Part shown: positions 20,806 through 33,443 of the stretch, one piece after another
Position numbering within the stretch: position 1 is the first letter of the stretch
Layout of the letters: every line of letters starts with the position of its first letter
Source: Planktothrix sp. GU0601_MAG3
Lineage (GTDB): Bacteria > Cyanobacteriota > Cyanobacteriia > Cyanobacteriales > Microcoleaceae
Direction of reading: 5' to 3'
Assembly: GCA_035193785.1 (NCBI GenBank)
Contig: CP136572.1
Location: 160,001-224,000 of the forward strand
Length of the DNA stretch: 64,000 nt
Program-made: the position numbers and the translations under genes
The notes under the pieces: generated by a model
Seen by the model: only the letters and a program-made list of their open reading frames with translations
Database searches by the model: none
What the model was told of the DNA's origin: nothing

Positions 20806-21576
20806 TCACTCCTGACGAGTTGCTTGTAAAGTGCCGAAGTCACCCATGATTTCCATAGGAATCAACACAGGATTACGGATCTTCAGAATTTTCTGAGATC
20901 CTCCAAGACTAAGATTTAGTTCAGCTTTAATAATCCTAAGATTATGATCTGCCATTTTATGATGATATCGTCGGAATTTATCCTTTAACTCTATATCAAT
21001 AAGAGTTGTTTGAAATTGCGCATCCTCAGCTATTGACAACATTTCAGGTTTTATTTCAATGTTATTAGCAACAATAAAAGTCTTCACAAGAACCTCAAAT
21101 GTATATGGTGCTTTATGGTCAAGATGGCTCTCATAGATAGCTACCTTATCACCAGTAATATCGCATTCAACTCTTCCATCCTGATCGGATTTTTCTTGAA
21201 AGTGTTGTTTCTTGATTCTCCGAAGATCATCTTGAACAGCAGCACGACAAGCCTCTAAAAACTCTTGATCAAGAGTCTTTCCTTTAGTAGAAATCGCTGT
21301 TCGATAAGAAAAGTCAGTTTTTGAACCATCGTTTCTTTCTATCCAAAAGCAACTTGTTGGCATATCTGTTCTATCTTTGTAGAAACGCTTTACACCACAT
21401 CCAATTTTTTGATCTGCTTCAGGATGGCGCTTCAGAAGAGCCAGCAACATATCGTGATCATCACCTGCTATAGTTTGACCATTTTGATAAGATTCCAAGA
21501 TATTCTTGAAGTATTCAATAGCATCTTTCTGGAATTTGAACTCTATTCCATTGAGAACAATTGGTTGCCTTGCCAT
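20806..21576 (-). CDS. DUF3223 (DCL-like) domain protein with an HNH-like C-terminus
   Basis: LLKRHPEADQKIGCGV...CFWIERNDGSKTDFSYR (DUF3223), followed by CDITG...HLDH...NLRII..ELN. Confidence 0.7.
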   Translation of the reverse strand: MARQPIVLNGIEFKFQKDAIEYFKNILESYQNGQTIAGDDHDMLLALLKRHPEADQKIGCGVKRFYKDRTDMPTSCFWIERNDGSKTDFSYRTAISTKGKTLDQEFLEACRAAVQDDLRRIKKQHFQEKSDQDGRVECDITGDKVAIYESHLDHKAPYTFEVLVKTFIVANNIEIKPEMLSIAEDAQFQTTLIDIELKDKFRRYHHKMADHNLRIIKAELNLSLGGSQKILKIRNPVLIPMEIMGDFGTLQATRQE

Positions 21577-21605
21577 GTAAACTCCATATTAGTTTTCTAC
21601 GACTA

Positions 21606-21812
21606 TTATTTTAGGGCTTCATCCCCTGGAATTGCCTGCACAGCAACGCTTAGGATTTCGTTCCGTCGTTTATGGGACTCAGATGTCCAAGCTGCCTGAA
21701 TTTTTGGATCGGCATCGAATTCTAAACTTTCCGCAAGTTTCTCCGCCAAAAGCGCTCTTGATGCCCTAGGGAAAGATAAAAGTTCTTCTGTCAGTTGTTC
21801 AATTGACCGCAT
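21606..21812 (-). CDS. Putative addiction-module antitoxin component (TIGR02574-like)
   Basis: EELLSFP..SRALLAEKL.ESL...IQAAW..E..KRR...AIPGDEAL pattern. Confidence 0.75.
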   Translation of the reverse strand: MRSIEQLTEELLSFPRASRALLAEKLAESLEFDADPKIQAAWTSESHKRRNEILSVAVQAIPGDEALK

Positions 21813-21881
21813 AGATCCTCGCCAACTGCTTAATTATCATCACAATTTAACAAATTTTAGACCAACTTAAACTAAAAACCA

Positions 21882-22496
21882 TCAACTCCTTGTTAACTCC
21901 GTTCCTTCGAGACAAGCGCCATCTAAAATCACACCCAAAAATAAGGTTTGTTCCAGAATTGCGCATAGTAAATTAGCCCGTTCTAAATTTGTTCCTCGGA
22001 GAACTGCACCGGATAAATTCGCTTCTTCTAAATCAGCTTGAGATAAATCTGCCCCCGATAAATTAGTATTTCTTAAATCCGCTTGATAGAAAATTCCTTG
22101 GGATAAATTCACGCCGCGTAAATCAGCACCCCTTAAATCAATTCCACTTAAATCTAAATTTCCACAGGTAGCTCCGGTTAAAAAAGCACCAGCAAAACTT
22201 GCTTCTTTAACCTCCACATCAAATAGAATTGCCCCCCTTAAATCGGCATTTCTCAAGTCAGCCCCTCGCAAATTAGCCCCGGATAAATCGGCCCCTCTTA
22301 AATTAGCTCGGAGTTGCGATCCTTGTAAATTTGCCCCGGATAAATTAGCTCCCGACAAATTAGCTCCCGATAAATTTACCTGTGCCAAATTAGCACCGGA
22401 TAGATCAATACCGGATAAATTCATATTAGTCAAGTCCTTAATGGCTCCTTGTTTGAGAGCATTAAAATCAACCGATAGGGTGCGAGTCATAGTCAT
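21882..22496 (-). CDS. Pentapeptide repeat protein
   Basis: A(N/D)LxG repeats throughout. Confidence 0.92.
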   Translation of the reverse strand: MTMTRTLSVDFNALKQGAIKDLTNMNLSGIDLSGANLAQVNLSGANLSGANLSGANLQGSQLRANLRGADLSGANLRGADLRNADLRGAILFDVEVKEASFAGAFLTGATCGNLDLSGIDLRGADLRGVNLSQGIFYQADLRNTNLSGADLSQADLEEANLSGAVLRGTNLERANLLCAILEQTLFLGVILDGACLEGTELTRS

Positions 22497-22518
22497 AACT
22501 AGGGATGATTTAAACAAC

Positions 22519-23940
22519 TTAAAGTTCAGAGTATTTTTGCAGTTTAGATTTAGGATTTAACTCCTCATCTAACCACACATTCGGCAATTGACTAGGCTTT
22601 TCAGGTAACTGCATTAAGCCAATTTCAGTTAATTTCACGACGGTTTTTAAGGATTCTACCAAAGCCGGATCAAATCTTGTGCCACTCAACTCCTGACATT
22701 TTTCTAGGGCTTCTGTTAAACTTAACGCCGGACGTTTACCTCGGGGTTGAATAAAGGCTTGAAAATAAGCCACCACCGCTAAAATTCGGGATTTAATATC
22801 AATTTCTTCTCCTTTTAAACCATTGGGTTTGCCCGTGCCGTCCCAATGTTCTAAATAGTGATACACGACATCCCGAACTTCTGATAATTCTGGCATAGAT
22901 TCTAATAATCTAGCCCCAATCAATGTCCGTTCCGACCAGAACTTTTTCGTGGCATCATCCATTTCTTCCGGTGTTTGACTAAACACTTCATCCGGCGCCG
23001 ATGCTAACCCAATTCTATATAATAATCCGGCTAACCGTAACCGTCTTAGAGTCACCGTTGGCAGATCTAAAATTTGACCAATGGTTTCCGATAAAGCCGC
23101 AACTTGTAAGGAAGCGTAGGGGTTATCGCGATCGCGTTCATCAACCCGTTGTGCCATTCTTAAAAATGCCTGTAATTTATTGGCACTAATATTCCGACTG
23201 ATTCGTTTGGCTTGCCCTTCTAATTCCCATAATTCTCGGGTTTGGCGGTTAACCGTAATTAATTCCTGTTGAGAAGATTGTAGATAACTGACAATCCGAG
23301 AAACCACGCCAGTTAAATCAGGAACTTGATGATAAGGTGTGGCTGCAATTTGCTGATGTTGTGCTAATAAACTATCTGCTAATTCAGGATTATAGGGTCG
23401 AAACCGCTCAATTAAAATTTCAGCAGATTTCCGAACCAACTTTTGATCAAATGTCCATAATCCATAGAATTTTCGTTCAGTATCAGTGGTGGGTTGACTG
23501 TGGGTAGGATACTCTTCCAACATCAATTCATGGCACAATAGCATAGTGGTATAACCGGGAGCCAAAATAATTAAATTCCACTCCATCACCAAACTATCAG
23601 AAGGGTCTAAATTAATTAAAGAAACATTCTCTAATTGTCCGGTGCGATGGGTCACAAATCCACTATCCCCAACGGCACTAATCACAACATGGCGACAGGA
23701 TTTAGCCAAATCAAAATACCGTTCGGCTTCTTGGAGATACCATTTTCCTTCCTGAAATGTGACCAATACTAGAGGTTGTTGATCCTTTGTCGGATCACTA
23801 TTTTGTAAAATGTGATCTTCGAGGGCATGACACAGGGCAACTAGGGTATTTTTGAAGTAGACACCATAACTAGAGGGTAGTTGACCATCCCCAAGAGAGG
23901 TTTTAAGCTGATTGAGTGTGGATTCTGGATTCATTTGCAA
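22519..23940 (-). CDS. DICT sensory domain plus HD-GYP-like phosphohydrolase
   Basis: [15 protein letters not shown] (DICT) and [17 protein letters not shown]...RILAV (HD-GYP-like; HD appears degenerate, LYRIG). Confidence 0.82.
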   Translation of the reverse strand: MQMNPESTLNQLKTSLGDGQLPSSYGVYFKNTLVALCHALEDHILQNSDPTKDQQPLVLVTFQEGKWYLQEAERYFDLAKSCRHVVISAVGDSGFVTHRTGQLENVSLINLDPSDSLVMEWNLIILAPGYTTMLLCHELMLEEYPTHSQPTTDTERKFYGLWTFDQKLVRKSAEILIERFRPYNPELADSLLAQHQQIAATPYHQVPDLTGVVSRIVSYLQSSQQELITVNRQTRELWELEGQAKRISRNISANKLQAFLRMAQRVDERDRDNPYASLQVAALSETIGQILDLPTVTLRRLRLAGLLYRIGLASAPDEVFSQTPEEMDDATKKFWSERTLIGARLLESMPELSEVRDVVYHYLEHWDGTGKPNGLKGEEIDIKSRILAVVAYFQAFIQPRGKRPALSLTEALEKCQELSGTRFDPALVESLKTVVKLTEIGLMQLPEKPSQLPNVWLDEELNPKSKLQKYSEL

Positions 23941-24286
23941 ACGCGAGTCCCGACTATTCCTTAAATCTTAACTGTTATGGGCAGAATTTTAGGGTCAATC
24001 ATAAAAAATTTTCATTTTCTCGCCGAGATCGCCCCCAATCCGGGGTAGGATCAATTCCCGTGAGATATTATTGCTTTTGAAACCCGCTGCATTTTTTGTT
24101 GAATTTTTTCCAAACCTAACTAACAAGAACAAAAGGAAATGATATATGATTTCTGAGTGTATCCCCAAAAATCCTCAAGGGGAATTGCCTATAGCAATCC
24201 TATTTTATTGATTTTATAGTAAAATAATTTATACTATTTAAACTCGGTGATTTTCTTTGCCTTAATGTTTTAGGGAGAGTCAATTT

Positions 24287-25075
24287 ATGACAATGCAACC
24301 AGATTTTTCATCTCTATCTATGCCACAACCTGTGCCAATGTCCACAGGGACTGCAACTTCTTTGGTGGGGGTCAATATTATTACGATTACCCAAAAAGAT
24401 GTCAATAGAAAGGGTGAATATATTGGAACAACTGGCCCTGATTATATTGAAGTCTCTCCGTTTCTCGCCCCCTTTAACTTTGCAATTTATGGTTTAGAAG
24501 ATCAGGATACCCTATCGGGGGGGGCTGGAGATGATAGTTTATTTGGGGGAAAAGGAAACGATTCTTTAATAGGTTTAAATAGCAATGATATTATCCAAGG
24601 AAATTTAGGTGCGGATTATATTAATGGAGGAGATGGGGATGATTCTGTTTATGGAGGACAGGGAAATGATACCCTTTTGGGTTCGGCGGGAAATGATTAT
24701 CTGGCGGGGGATAAGGGAGTAAATCAGTTAACCGGAGGATTTGGATTTGATAACTTTTCTATTCGTGCTTTTCCTTCCGAGAATACAGGTTCTTTATCCA
24801 GTTTTATTCCTGCTAATGCGGATATAATTACGGATTTTACCCCGGGAGAAGATGTTATGATTATTAGTGGAGTTCCCTCTTTTGCTCAGTTGAATTTAAC
24901 CTCTATTCCCCCGGAAGCCGTGGGAGGATTATTCCCCAGTATTGAACGTACCCTGGGCGGTGGAACTTTAATTGAAGTTCAAGCCACAGGTCAAATTATT
25001 GGCTTTTTAGAAAATATTCAACCCCAACAATTATTAACATCTTCCTTTATCTTTTTACAGACTCCTGGAGGTTAG
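24287..25075 (+). CDS. Hemolysin-type (RTX) calcium-binding repeat protein
   Basis: GGxGxD nonapeptide repeats and DIITDFTPGED. Confidence 0.85.
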   Translation: MTMQPDFSSLSMPQPVPMSTGTATSLVGVNIITITQKDVNRKGEYIGTTGPDYIEVSPFLAPFNFAIYGLEDQDTLSGGAGDDSLFGGKGNDSLIGLNSNDIIQGNLGADYINGGDGDDSVYGGQGNDTLLGSAGNDYLAGDKGVNQLTGGFGFDNFSIRAFPSENTGSLSSFIPANADIITDFTPGEDVMIISGVPSFAQLNLTSIPPEAVGGLFPSIERTLGGGTLIEVQATGQIIGFLENIQPQQLLTSSFIFLQTPGG

Positions 25076-25076
25076 T

Positions 25077-26172
25077 TTATGTGATTAAATCTGAATTGTA
25101 GGTTTCTCCATCACTTAAGGGTAAAGAGATTTCAACGAGAGTTCCTTGATTTTTTCCAGGACTGACTAATTGAATTCTACCTCCCATCATTTCGACTAAA
25201 TTTTTGGAAATCGCTAATCCTAATCCGGTACTTCCTAGGGCGTGAGTGTGAGATTTATCCTCCACAACAAAGGGTTGAAATAGTTTTTCTTGGATTTGAG
25301 GTGAAATCCCAACTCCCGTATCTTTAACCGTAATCACAGCCATTTCTTCACTCTCTTGTGTTTGAGGATGATTACCCTGGCGGATTTCTGTGCTAATTGA
25401 AATACTCCCTCGGTCTGTAAATTTAATCGCATTCCCAATAATATTAATGAAAATTTGTTTGAGTTTTGTTGGGTCTGCTTTAACCTTAATTCGGTGAGAA
25501 TAGTCCTGTTTATAGAGTCGTAATCCTTTTTGACGAATATTAGAAAATTGCAGGTAAATAGCAGCCGTTAAACAGGCTTGTAAATCAATGGTTTTAATGT
25601 CAAAAGAAATTCGACCTTCTTCAATTCGAGCTAAGTCTAAAACCTGATTAATTAACGTTAATAGATGCAGGGAAGAATCATGGGCTTGTTTTAAAAATTC
25701 TAGTTCTTCATCTCGATTATCACATAAACCATCCAATAGAAGTTGTAAGGAAACCAATAATCCCATTCATCGGTGTTCTTAACTCATGGGATGTTTGCCT
25801 AAGAAAATCATCTTTTCGATGATTCATCTCCTCTAAAACTTTATTTTTAGATTCAACCCTGTTACATTTTTCAACCGCTGTTTTCAGTTGTTTTTCCAGG
25901 TCATATTTTGCTAGTATAAACCCTTCTTTTGTCTGTCGCAATAGTTCCTCTAAGGAAGCATTTTTCTGTTTTAACTGTTGCAGATTTTGATAATAAATTA
26001 ACGCCATTAGAGAACTTAAAAAAGCCACTAATAGGGAAGCAATCGGTATGAATACAGTTAATACCGAAAAACTGTGAGCAAGATAAGCCATAACTCCCAA
26101 TGCTATCAAAACTGTTATAGCAATTGGCACTCCCCACTTTAGCTCCATTGATTGTCTGAGCTTTTGCCCCAT
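25077..26172 (-). CDS. Membrane sensor histidine kinase; apparent frameshift at ~25751
   Basis: Two TM helices, a coiled coil, SHELRTP, NAIKFT, DTGVGI and GLGLAI motifs. Confidence 0.88.
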
Positions 26173-26422
26173 ATATTATACCCACCAGTCGCTCCAAAGG
26201 TTTAATTTTAGCGATCTTAAAACTTCCCCTTCTATGCTATCTTGCAAAGTTGATTTTGAAATCCTTCTTTTACCTGGGACAAAAATCTTAATAACTGAGT
26301 ATCAAATCATAATTAAGCCCTGAAGGGCTTACTACAAGGAAAAACCTGGTTTCTTAAAAAAGAAGCCAGGCTTTCAATTCATCAAATTAGATGCTTTAAA
26401 GCTAAAATTGAGAGTCGATTAA

Positions 26423-27503
26423 CTAAACAGCAACAGCCTTTTTAGTAGTAGCACCCAATTCACCTTTAGCGTACTTAGCTGCAAACTCATCTAAAGTTTG
26501 AACTTTGATCTTATCTGCATTACCCGCAGAACCAAATTGATTATAACGATCCGCACAAACTTGCTTCATATATTTGATAGAAGGCTTCAGGAAGTGACGG
26601 GGATCAAAGTTAGAAGGGTCTTTGAAGGCTGCTTCCCGGAAGGCGGCGGTAATGGCTAAACGGTTGTCAGTATCAATATTTACTTTCCGCACACCGCTCT
26701 TGATTCCTTTTTGGATTTCTTCCACAGGAACCCCGTAGGTTTCAGGGATCTGACCACCGTACTGATTGATCAATGCTAACAGATCTTCAGGAACGGAGGA
26801 AGAACCGTGCATGACTAAGTGAGTATTCGGTAAGCGACGGTGAATTTCTTCAATGCGGCTAATGGCCAGAATCTCACCCGTCGGTTTCCGGGTGAATTTG
26901 TAAGCTCCGTGACTGGTGCCAATAGCGATCGCTAAAGCATCCACTTGGGTACGTTCTACGAACTCCACGGCTTGGTCGGGGTCAGTTAACAACTGTTCCA
27001 TCGTCAATTTCCCTTCTGCACCGTGACCATCTTCTTTGTCACCTTGCATGGTTTCCAGGGAAACCTAAACAACCCAGTTCACCTTCAACGCTAACCCCAA
27101 TGGAGTGAGCCACTTTCACCACTTCTAAGGTGACAGCCACGTTATATTCAAAGCTGGCAGGGGTTTTACCATCGGCTTCGAGGGAACCATCCATCATCAC
27201 GCTAGTGAAGCCATGACGCATGGCAGAATAGCAGGTGGCGGGAGAGTTGCCGTGATCTTGGTGCATGGCAATGGGGATGTGGGGATAGGTTTCCACCGCC
27301 GCTAAAATTAGGTGGCGTAGGAAGCTTTCACCAGCATATTGACGAGCACCGCGAGAAGCTTGCAAAATCACAGGGCTATTGGTTTCTTGAGCAGCCTGCA
27401 TAATGGCTTGGATCTGCTCCATGTTATTCACATTGTATGCAGGAAGTCCATAATCATTTTCAGCCGCATGATCCAGCAAAAGCCGCATGGGTACGAGCGC
27501 CAT
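26423..27503 (-). CDS. fbaA: Fructose-bisphosphate aldolase class II; apparent frameshift at ~27061
   Basis: [28 protein letters not shown] and KVNIDTD motifs. Confidence 0.96.
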
Positions 27504-27636
27504 AAAATTGCCTCCTAAGTTGTTGTTTTGTAAATTTGTTCCGAGATCGTAACTAATTAAAACAATATTAAGACAATTTGGTAATTTCCGGTGGCTCTGA
27601 TCAGAAATTTGTTATTTTTTTAGGGAACATTGGAAG

Positions 27637-27712
27637 GGGGCAGGGGGAGCAGGGGGAGCAGGGGGAGCAGGGGGAGCAGGGGGAGCAGGGGAAGCAGGGG
27701 AGGCAGGGAGGG
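27637..27712. repeat. (AGCAGGGGG)n tandem repeat
   Basis: Directly visible. Confidence 0.9.
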
Positions 27713-27862
27713 GAATAGTGCTATGTCAACATTCAACAGGGCTTCAAAACCGTAGTAAGCCCTTCAGGGCTTCAATCTTGTAGCAACACTTAAACATTAT
27801 TAAATTTCTCTACAAACAGATAATTAAATGATGAGTAACTCATCATTATCACACCTTAGAAA

Positions 27863-27934
<72 letters not shown>

Positions 27935-28005
27935 GCGTGTTTTTTACTTTTCTCACGCACAGTTTCTAATAGTAACACAACATTCTTGGGTTGACAAGGG
28001 GTTAT

Positions 28006-28900
28006 TCAAAAAAATGTGGCACTCAGGTGAACGAGCATCTCACAACTGGCTCCAGGCTTGAGATAGGTCAATAATTTTCCCGTGTTCATGGCATTGCGGG
28101 GGGCTGTCCAAGGTTCCAAACAATAGTAGTCCTTACCCTTGATTGTCCAATACACCACACTGGAATAGGCGGCACTATAGCCAAGAATAATTTTAGAGCG
28201 ACGGCCGTGGTCAATGGTGGTGGTGGCCAACCCGGTCAGGGGGTTAAACAGTCCATCGATTTCCTCCTCCAAGGGATCAAACCGTCCCGTAAACACATGG
28301 GTTTTCTGGCTACGTTGATCTCGGTACTGCATCGCTGGAATCTCAAACGCCAACTGCTCCTTATCCTGGGCTAAAAAATAAGGATGTAACCCCGTGGAGA
28401 AGGGCATAGTCTGGGCGGGTAGACTATCCATGGTTTCCGCAGAGGTTCGTATAACGTTGGAAAATCTGTAGGGATTTACCCTTGAGGGTATAGGTAAACT
28501 CCACTTCAAAATCAAAGGGATAGACCGAACGGGTTTGGGGATTGCTGGTCAAGACCAAGGTAATCGAGGCCCCCTGAATGGTCGCCTGTTGAGCTACTGT
28601 CCAGGGCAAATTTCGAGCAAAACCATGTTGTTTGAGGTGATACTTTTGACCCTGATAGGTGTAGGTATCATCGGGTAAATTCCCACAGATGGGGAATAAA
28701 ATCGGGATTCCGCCCCGTACCGTTAACTCAGGATTAGCAAACCGTTCACTGTCCAAATACAGTAAGTCCTTACCCTCGACTTGCCAACGGGTAACGATTC
28801 CGCCCCTTTCGGGCACAACTTCTAAGCTCGACTGGGTAGTCGGGTCGGACAGGACGTAGGTTTTATATTGTTGATGGGGCTTTAGTGCGATCGCAAACAC
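28006..28900 (-). CDS. Aldose 1-epimerase family protein; apparent frameshift at ~28434
   Basis: RGGIPILFP, QHGFAR, GLHPYF and YCLEPW motifs. Confidence 0.9.
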
Positions 28901-28967
28901 AGTAATAGTTAGGAATAAATAAACTTGGGACAGGCAAACAAATTCACCAGGGGTGACCGTTAGGATC

Positions 28968-30999
28968 TTAGCCTATGGCTTGATCAAACTCTCGATGTTT
29001 CAAGGGAAGATCAATTTCAGCGTGAGATCCCTTTTCCCCTTTCCCGACAGAAACTTCTGATTCCGTTGTTACAGATTGCTGTTTAGGAATAGCAATTTGA
29101 AACGAGATTGGGGAACTAGAACCCCTGTAACTCTGGGTGTTGGGGACGGGAGCTTGGGGAAAAGAAGGCAGGGAAATAAACGGCTCTTTAATAAAAGGTT
29201 GATCAATATAGGGTTTGAGATCATCCTGGGTTTCCGTTTTAGTTTCCAATTTAGGAGGTAAGGGGGGTTCGGTCTGTGATATAGACCCCGACGGCTTAAT
29301 AACTGGAGACTGCATCGGTTCGGAGAACAAGGTTTTCGACGGTTCCGATGGGAGCATCTCCGTCAGTGTAGATGGACTTTCTGGCTCCGTTTCCGTCACC
29401 TGGGGTAAAGTTGGTTCTACCGTTGGGGTTAAGGCGGCATCCACCCGTTTAAGCTGTCGTTGTGGGGTGTCTAAGACCACGGAGGACTGCATGGGCTGAT
29501 CAAAAATTTGGGAGAGTCGCCCCACCCGCTTAAGAATATCCTCGCCTTTTTTCGTCGATATTACCTTAGCTTGATATTGGGTTACTTCTACGGGTAAAAA
29601 CTCCACCTTCATTTGATGGTTGGCGTTTAGGGCAACTCTAAGCACGGCCGTTTCATAGTCCGCGCGACTATTCCCCCCAAAAATAAAATTCCCCAGGGAG
29701 TAAACAATCGGCCGACCTTTATAAATTTCTGCACCTTGTAAAGTATGGGGATGATGGCCAATTACCACATCGGCCCCTTGATCGATCGTAAATCGGGCTA
29801 GGTCAATTTGCCAGTCCCCCGGATATTCCGCCAATTCCACGCCCCAATGGTAGTTAACTACCACCCAATCCACCTGATCTCGGATGGCCTTAATATCGGC
29901 GGCTACTCGCTGATCATAACGGGGATTGGTTCCGGCTAAATTCTCGGTAGCTGCATGAAAGTCGGCATCATAATAGCCTAAATAGGCAATCCGTTGACCT
30001 TTAACTTCAATAATCGTGGGCCGCCGAGCTTCTTTAATATCTCGACCTGCTCCCACGGTCTTAATTCCCGCTTGGTCTAAAGTTGCCATGGTTTCCACTA
30101 GCCCCGGTTCCTCATAGTCCATCGTATGATTATTGGCAAGATTGACAATATCAATTCCCCCTTCTGTTAATACCTTGACGGCCTCTGGATCGGCTTTAAA
30201 ATTAAACTGTTTGTTGGGACGGCGTAAGGTAGAACGGGTGAGGGGATTTTCTAAATTCACCATGGCCAGGTCGGCATCCTGATATTCCGGGAGTTGGGCA
30301 AAGGGTAGGGAGTAGTTCGTCCCAATCACATCTTCAAAGTGGTCGGACAGGGTGACGTCTCCCCCAAATACTAAAGTCACCGTGGGATCTTGGGGATTTT
30401 TGACCTGTTTCCTGTTGCAGCACTGGAACCACTTCTAGGGCGGCTTGGACGGTATCAGACCGTTTGGGTGGTGCTGCGACCAGGGCTATATTTTCTTGGG
30501 CTGGATTTTTCGGTAGGGGGAATACCTCGGCCCTGACTTCGTAATAACTCACCCAACAGCCCAAAACAAAGGCGGAAACGGCCGAACCCATGAGAAACAT
30601 CAACCGCAGGGTTTTAAATTTAATCCCGTCCAGATTTAACCACCGTCGGTATGTTTGTCCCCGATAAACCTGATTGGCCGGAGTTACCAGTCGCACCGAT
30701 TGTTTCCAGAGAATCTCTCCATCCCCTTGATACCTGGCGGCAATTTTTACTCCTTCTAGGTTAGGGGCGTTGAGTTTCCACAGCAGGTGACAGATAAACT
30801 TAACAATGCCCTCGGCCATGGGTTCCTGCTGGAACTCGACGAGGACGGGTAAACAGCCTTTACGGTCGGGGGGCGCGACCCTGGCTGAGATGCCTTCGGG
30901 TTTGAGATAGGTATTAATTAAATCGCTAATTGCCCTTAAGTCTCCAGTCCGGGCTAATTCAAAAATAGAAGGTTGGCCTAAATATTCCGCATAAACCAT
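28968..30999 (-). CDS. CapA/PgsA-family metallophosphoesterase with N-terminal extension and TM helix; apparent frameshift at ~30407
   Basis: GDV, NLE, LANNHTMDY, HWG, GHHPH and YSLGNF motifs. Confidence 0.88.
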
Positions 31000-31200
31000 A
31001 AAAATACTATCCTGTCCCTTAGAAATTTTGCTTGCAGTTCAGTCTAAATAGTAAAAATAACCCTAACCGCCGACCATGGCGAGTGGTTGATGATTAGATT
31101 TAATGGTTTTAACATAATGCCTCTGCATAACGCTAGAACTTTCTGGTGAAAAGTTTAACAGGTATCCTGAGCATGGGAAAATCTTTCTGGTGTTTCAAAA

Positions 31201-31433
31201 ATAGGGAACAGGGAATAGGGAATAGGTAATGGGTAATGGGTAATGGGTAATGGGTAATGGGTAATGGGTAATGGGTAATGGGTAATGGGTAATGGGTAAT
31301 GGGTAATGGGTAATGGGTAATGGGTAATGGGTAATGGGTAATGGGTAATGGGTAATGGGTAATGGGTAATGGGTAATGGGTAATGGGTAATGGGTAATGG
31401 GTAATGGGTAATGGGTAATAGGGAACAGGGAAC
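31201..31433. repeat. Long heptamer array (GGTAATG)n, about 28 copies, flanked by GGGAA(C/T)A units
   Basis: Directly visible. It generates the spurious PITHYPL ORF. Confidence 0.95.
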
Positions 31434-31601
31434 ACCGGATATGGGTAGAGGATTTGTAATTAATTTTGTTTAGGTAGTTATAATCATCATCATCTATTTC
31501 TTCCCTTATTTTTCTTCCCTTATTTTTGTTTAATTCCCACTAAAAATCCTCAGTAATGGGGATTGAGAATTAAAATTATTTCTTAATCTTCCCAGAATTA
31601 A

Positions 31602-31642
31602 CGGCTATCATTCTCCGACAATAACTCAAAGAATGATAGCCG
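31602..31642. terminator. Hairpin downstream of urtA
   Basis: CGGCTATCATTCT ... AGAATGATAGCCG inverted repeat. Confidence 0.65.
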
Positions 31643-31747
31643 AAAATATCAATTATCTTTGGCTATTTTGCACCTAATTTTTTGCAAATGAAACAGCACC
31701 TGGGCTTTTTTCGGGGGGGATCTAAATCCAGAATTAAAATTGATTAA

Positions 31748-33068
31748 TTATGTCGCTTCCATTTTGTATTTTTCCCCTTTTTTGGGATCAGTCCAGTCAC
31801 AACCAAAGCCCTTTGTAGCGGGTACAAATTGGTTCCAGGGAATCGGATCAACTGGGCCTTCTGTTGCCCAAACAATATTAAATAATCCATCATCCCGTAC
31901 CTGTCCCATCCGCACGGTTTTAGAAATATGATGGTTGGGGAACATCGTCACTTTGCCTTCAGGGGCATCGAAAGTTTGACCGATAGCTGCCAATCTAACC
32001 TTCTCTAAATCATCAGCAGTTCCGGCTTTTTCTACGGCTTGTTTCCACAAATAGACCATCAAATAAGCGGCTTCCATCGGGTCATTTGTTACCCGATCTT
32101 GTCCATATTCAGCCCTAAATGCTTCCACCCATTTCTTATTAGCGGGAGTGTCAACGGTTTGGAAATAGTTCCAAGCAGCATAGTGACCCAAAAGGAATTC
32201 CTTCCCAATTTGTCGCACTTCTTCTTCACCAATACTGACTGACATCACCGGATATTTTTCCGGGGTCATTCCCGCCCCCTGTAACTGTTTGAAGAAGGCT
32301 ACATTACTATCTCCATTCAAACTATTAAAAATTACACCGCCATCGGGTAATGCCTGTTTGATTTTAGTAATAATCGGGGTAACTTCCGTATTCCCTAAAG
32401 GTAAGTAATCTTCCCCTACGGTTGTACCACCAATAGCTGTTAATTGTTCCTTAATAATATTGTTGGCTGTGCGGGGAAAAACATAGTCAGAACCTACTAG
32501 GAAAAACTCCTTACCTTTATTATCAAATAACCATTGTACGGCGGGTTCAATTTGTTGGTTGGGGGCGGCTCCGGTGTAAAAAATGTTTTTAGAACATTCT
32601 TGACCTTCATATTGAACCGGATACCATAACATATGATTTCTGGATTCAAATACATCTTTTACCGCTTTCCGACTAGCAGATGTCCAGCAACCAAAAACCG
32701 TAACAACTTTATCTTGGTCGATTAATTTTTGGGCTTTTTCGGCAAAAGTCGGCCAGTCAGAAGCACCATCTTCAACTACGGCTTCAATTTGTTTACCCAG
32801 TACCCCACCATTGGCGTTAATTTCTTTAATGGCTAACTTTTCGGCTTCTACAACGGTGGTTTCACTAATTGCCATCGTTCCACTCAAGGAGTGAAGAATT
32901 CCCACCTTAATTGTATCGCCACCACCGCCTGGGGTTGCGGTTGGGGTTGCGGTTGAGGTGGGGGTATTATTGGTGGCATTTTGGGCGCACCCTTTGAGGA
33001 ACAGGGTACTCCCAAAGGCTGCCGAAACCATAAACTAAGAATTTGCGTCTACCGAAATTTTTTTTCAC
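31748..33068 (-). CDS. urtA: Urea ABC transporter substrate-binding protein; GTG start, apparent frameshift at ~33025
   Basis: [38 protein letters not shown] and YPVQYEG motifs. The repaired signal peptide reads [26 protein letters not shown]. Confidence 0.93.
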
Positions 33069-33253
33069 GATGACTATTTATGAATTTTACTTAATAAAGT
33101 TGCTCGAAGAATAGGTGATTTTCTTGACCCTATCTGCAATCTTAGAATCAGTTTAATTCATAGATTACGCAGTAGATAAAAACACTTAAAAATTAATAAT
33201 TGACTGCGAATCAAGGAAGACAGAGTGGGGGCAACCTCCTATTCAGGCTTCGT

Positions 33254-33295
33254 ATACTAGAGGAATTCTATCGGTCTAATTGTAATCTACAATAC
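33254..33295 (-). promoter_or_regulatory. Canonical NtcA-activated promoter of urtA
   Basis: Minus strand reads GTA-TTGTAGAT-TAC (33295-33282), then exactly 22 nt, then TAGTAT (-10 element, 33259-33254). Confidence 0.85.
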
Positions 33296-33443
33296 AAAAT
33301 ATTGATGATTGGCATAAAGAAATACCTCTAACCCAGGAGAAATTAAACAGTGAAATGCAACTGGGAAAACCTTAGCTTAGGTTTGTAACCTCACCAATAT
33401 GCAAAAATAATGAATAAATAATAAAACGTATCCGGCACGAAGT

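Noticed and set aside
31133..31435. PITHYPL-repeat ORF
   Set aside because: Translation of a heptamer array.
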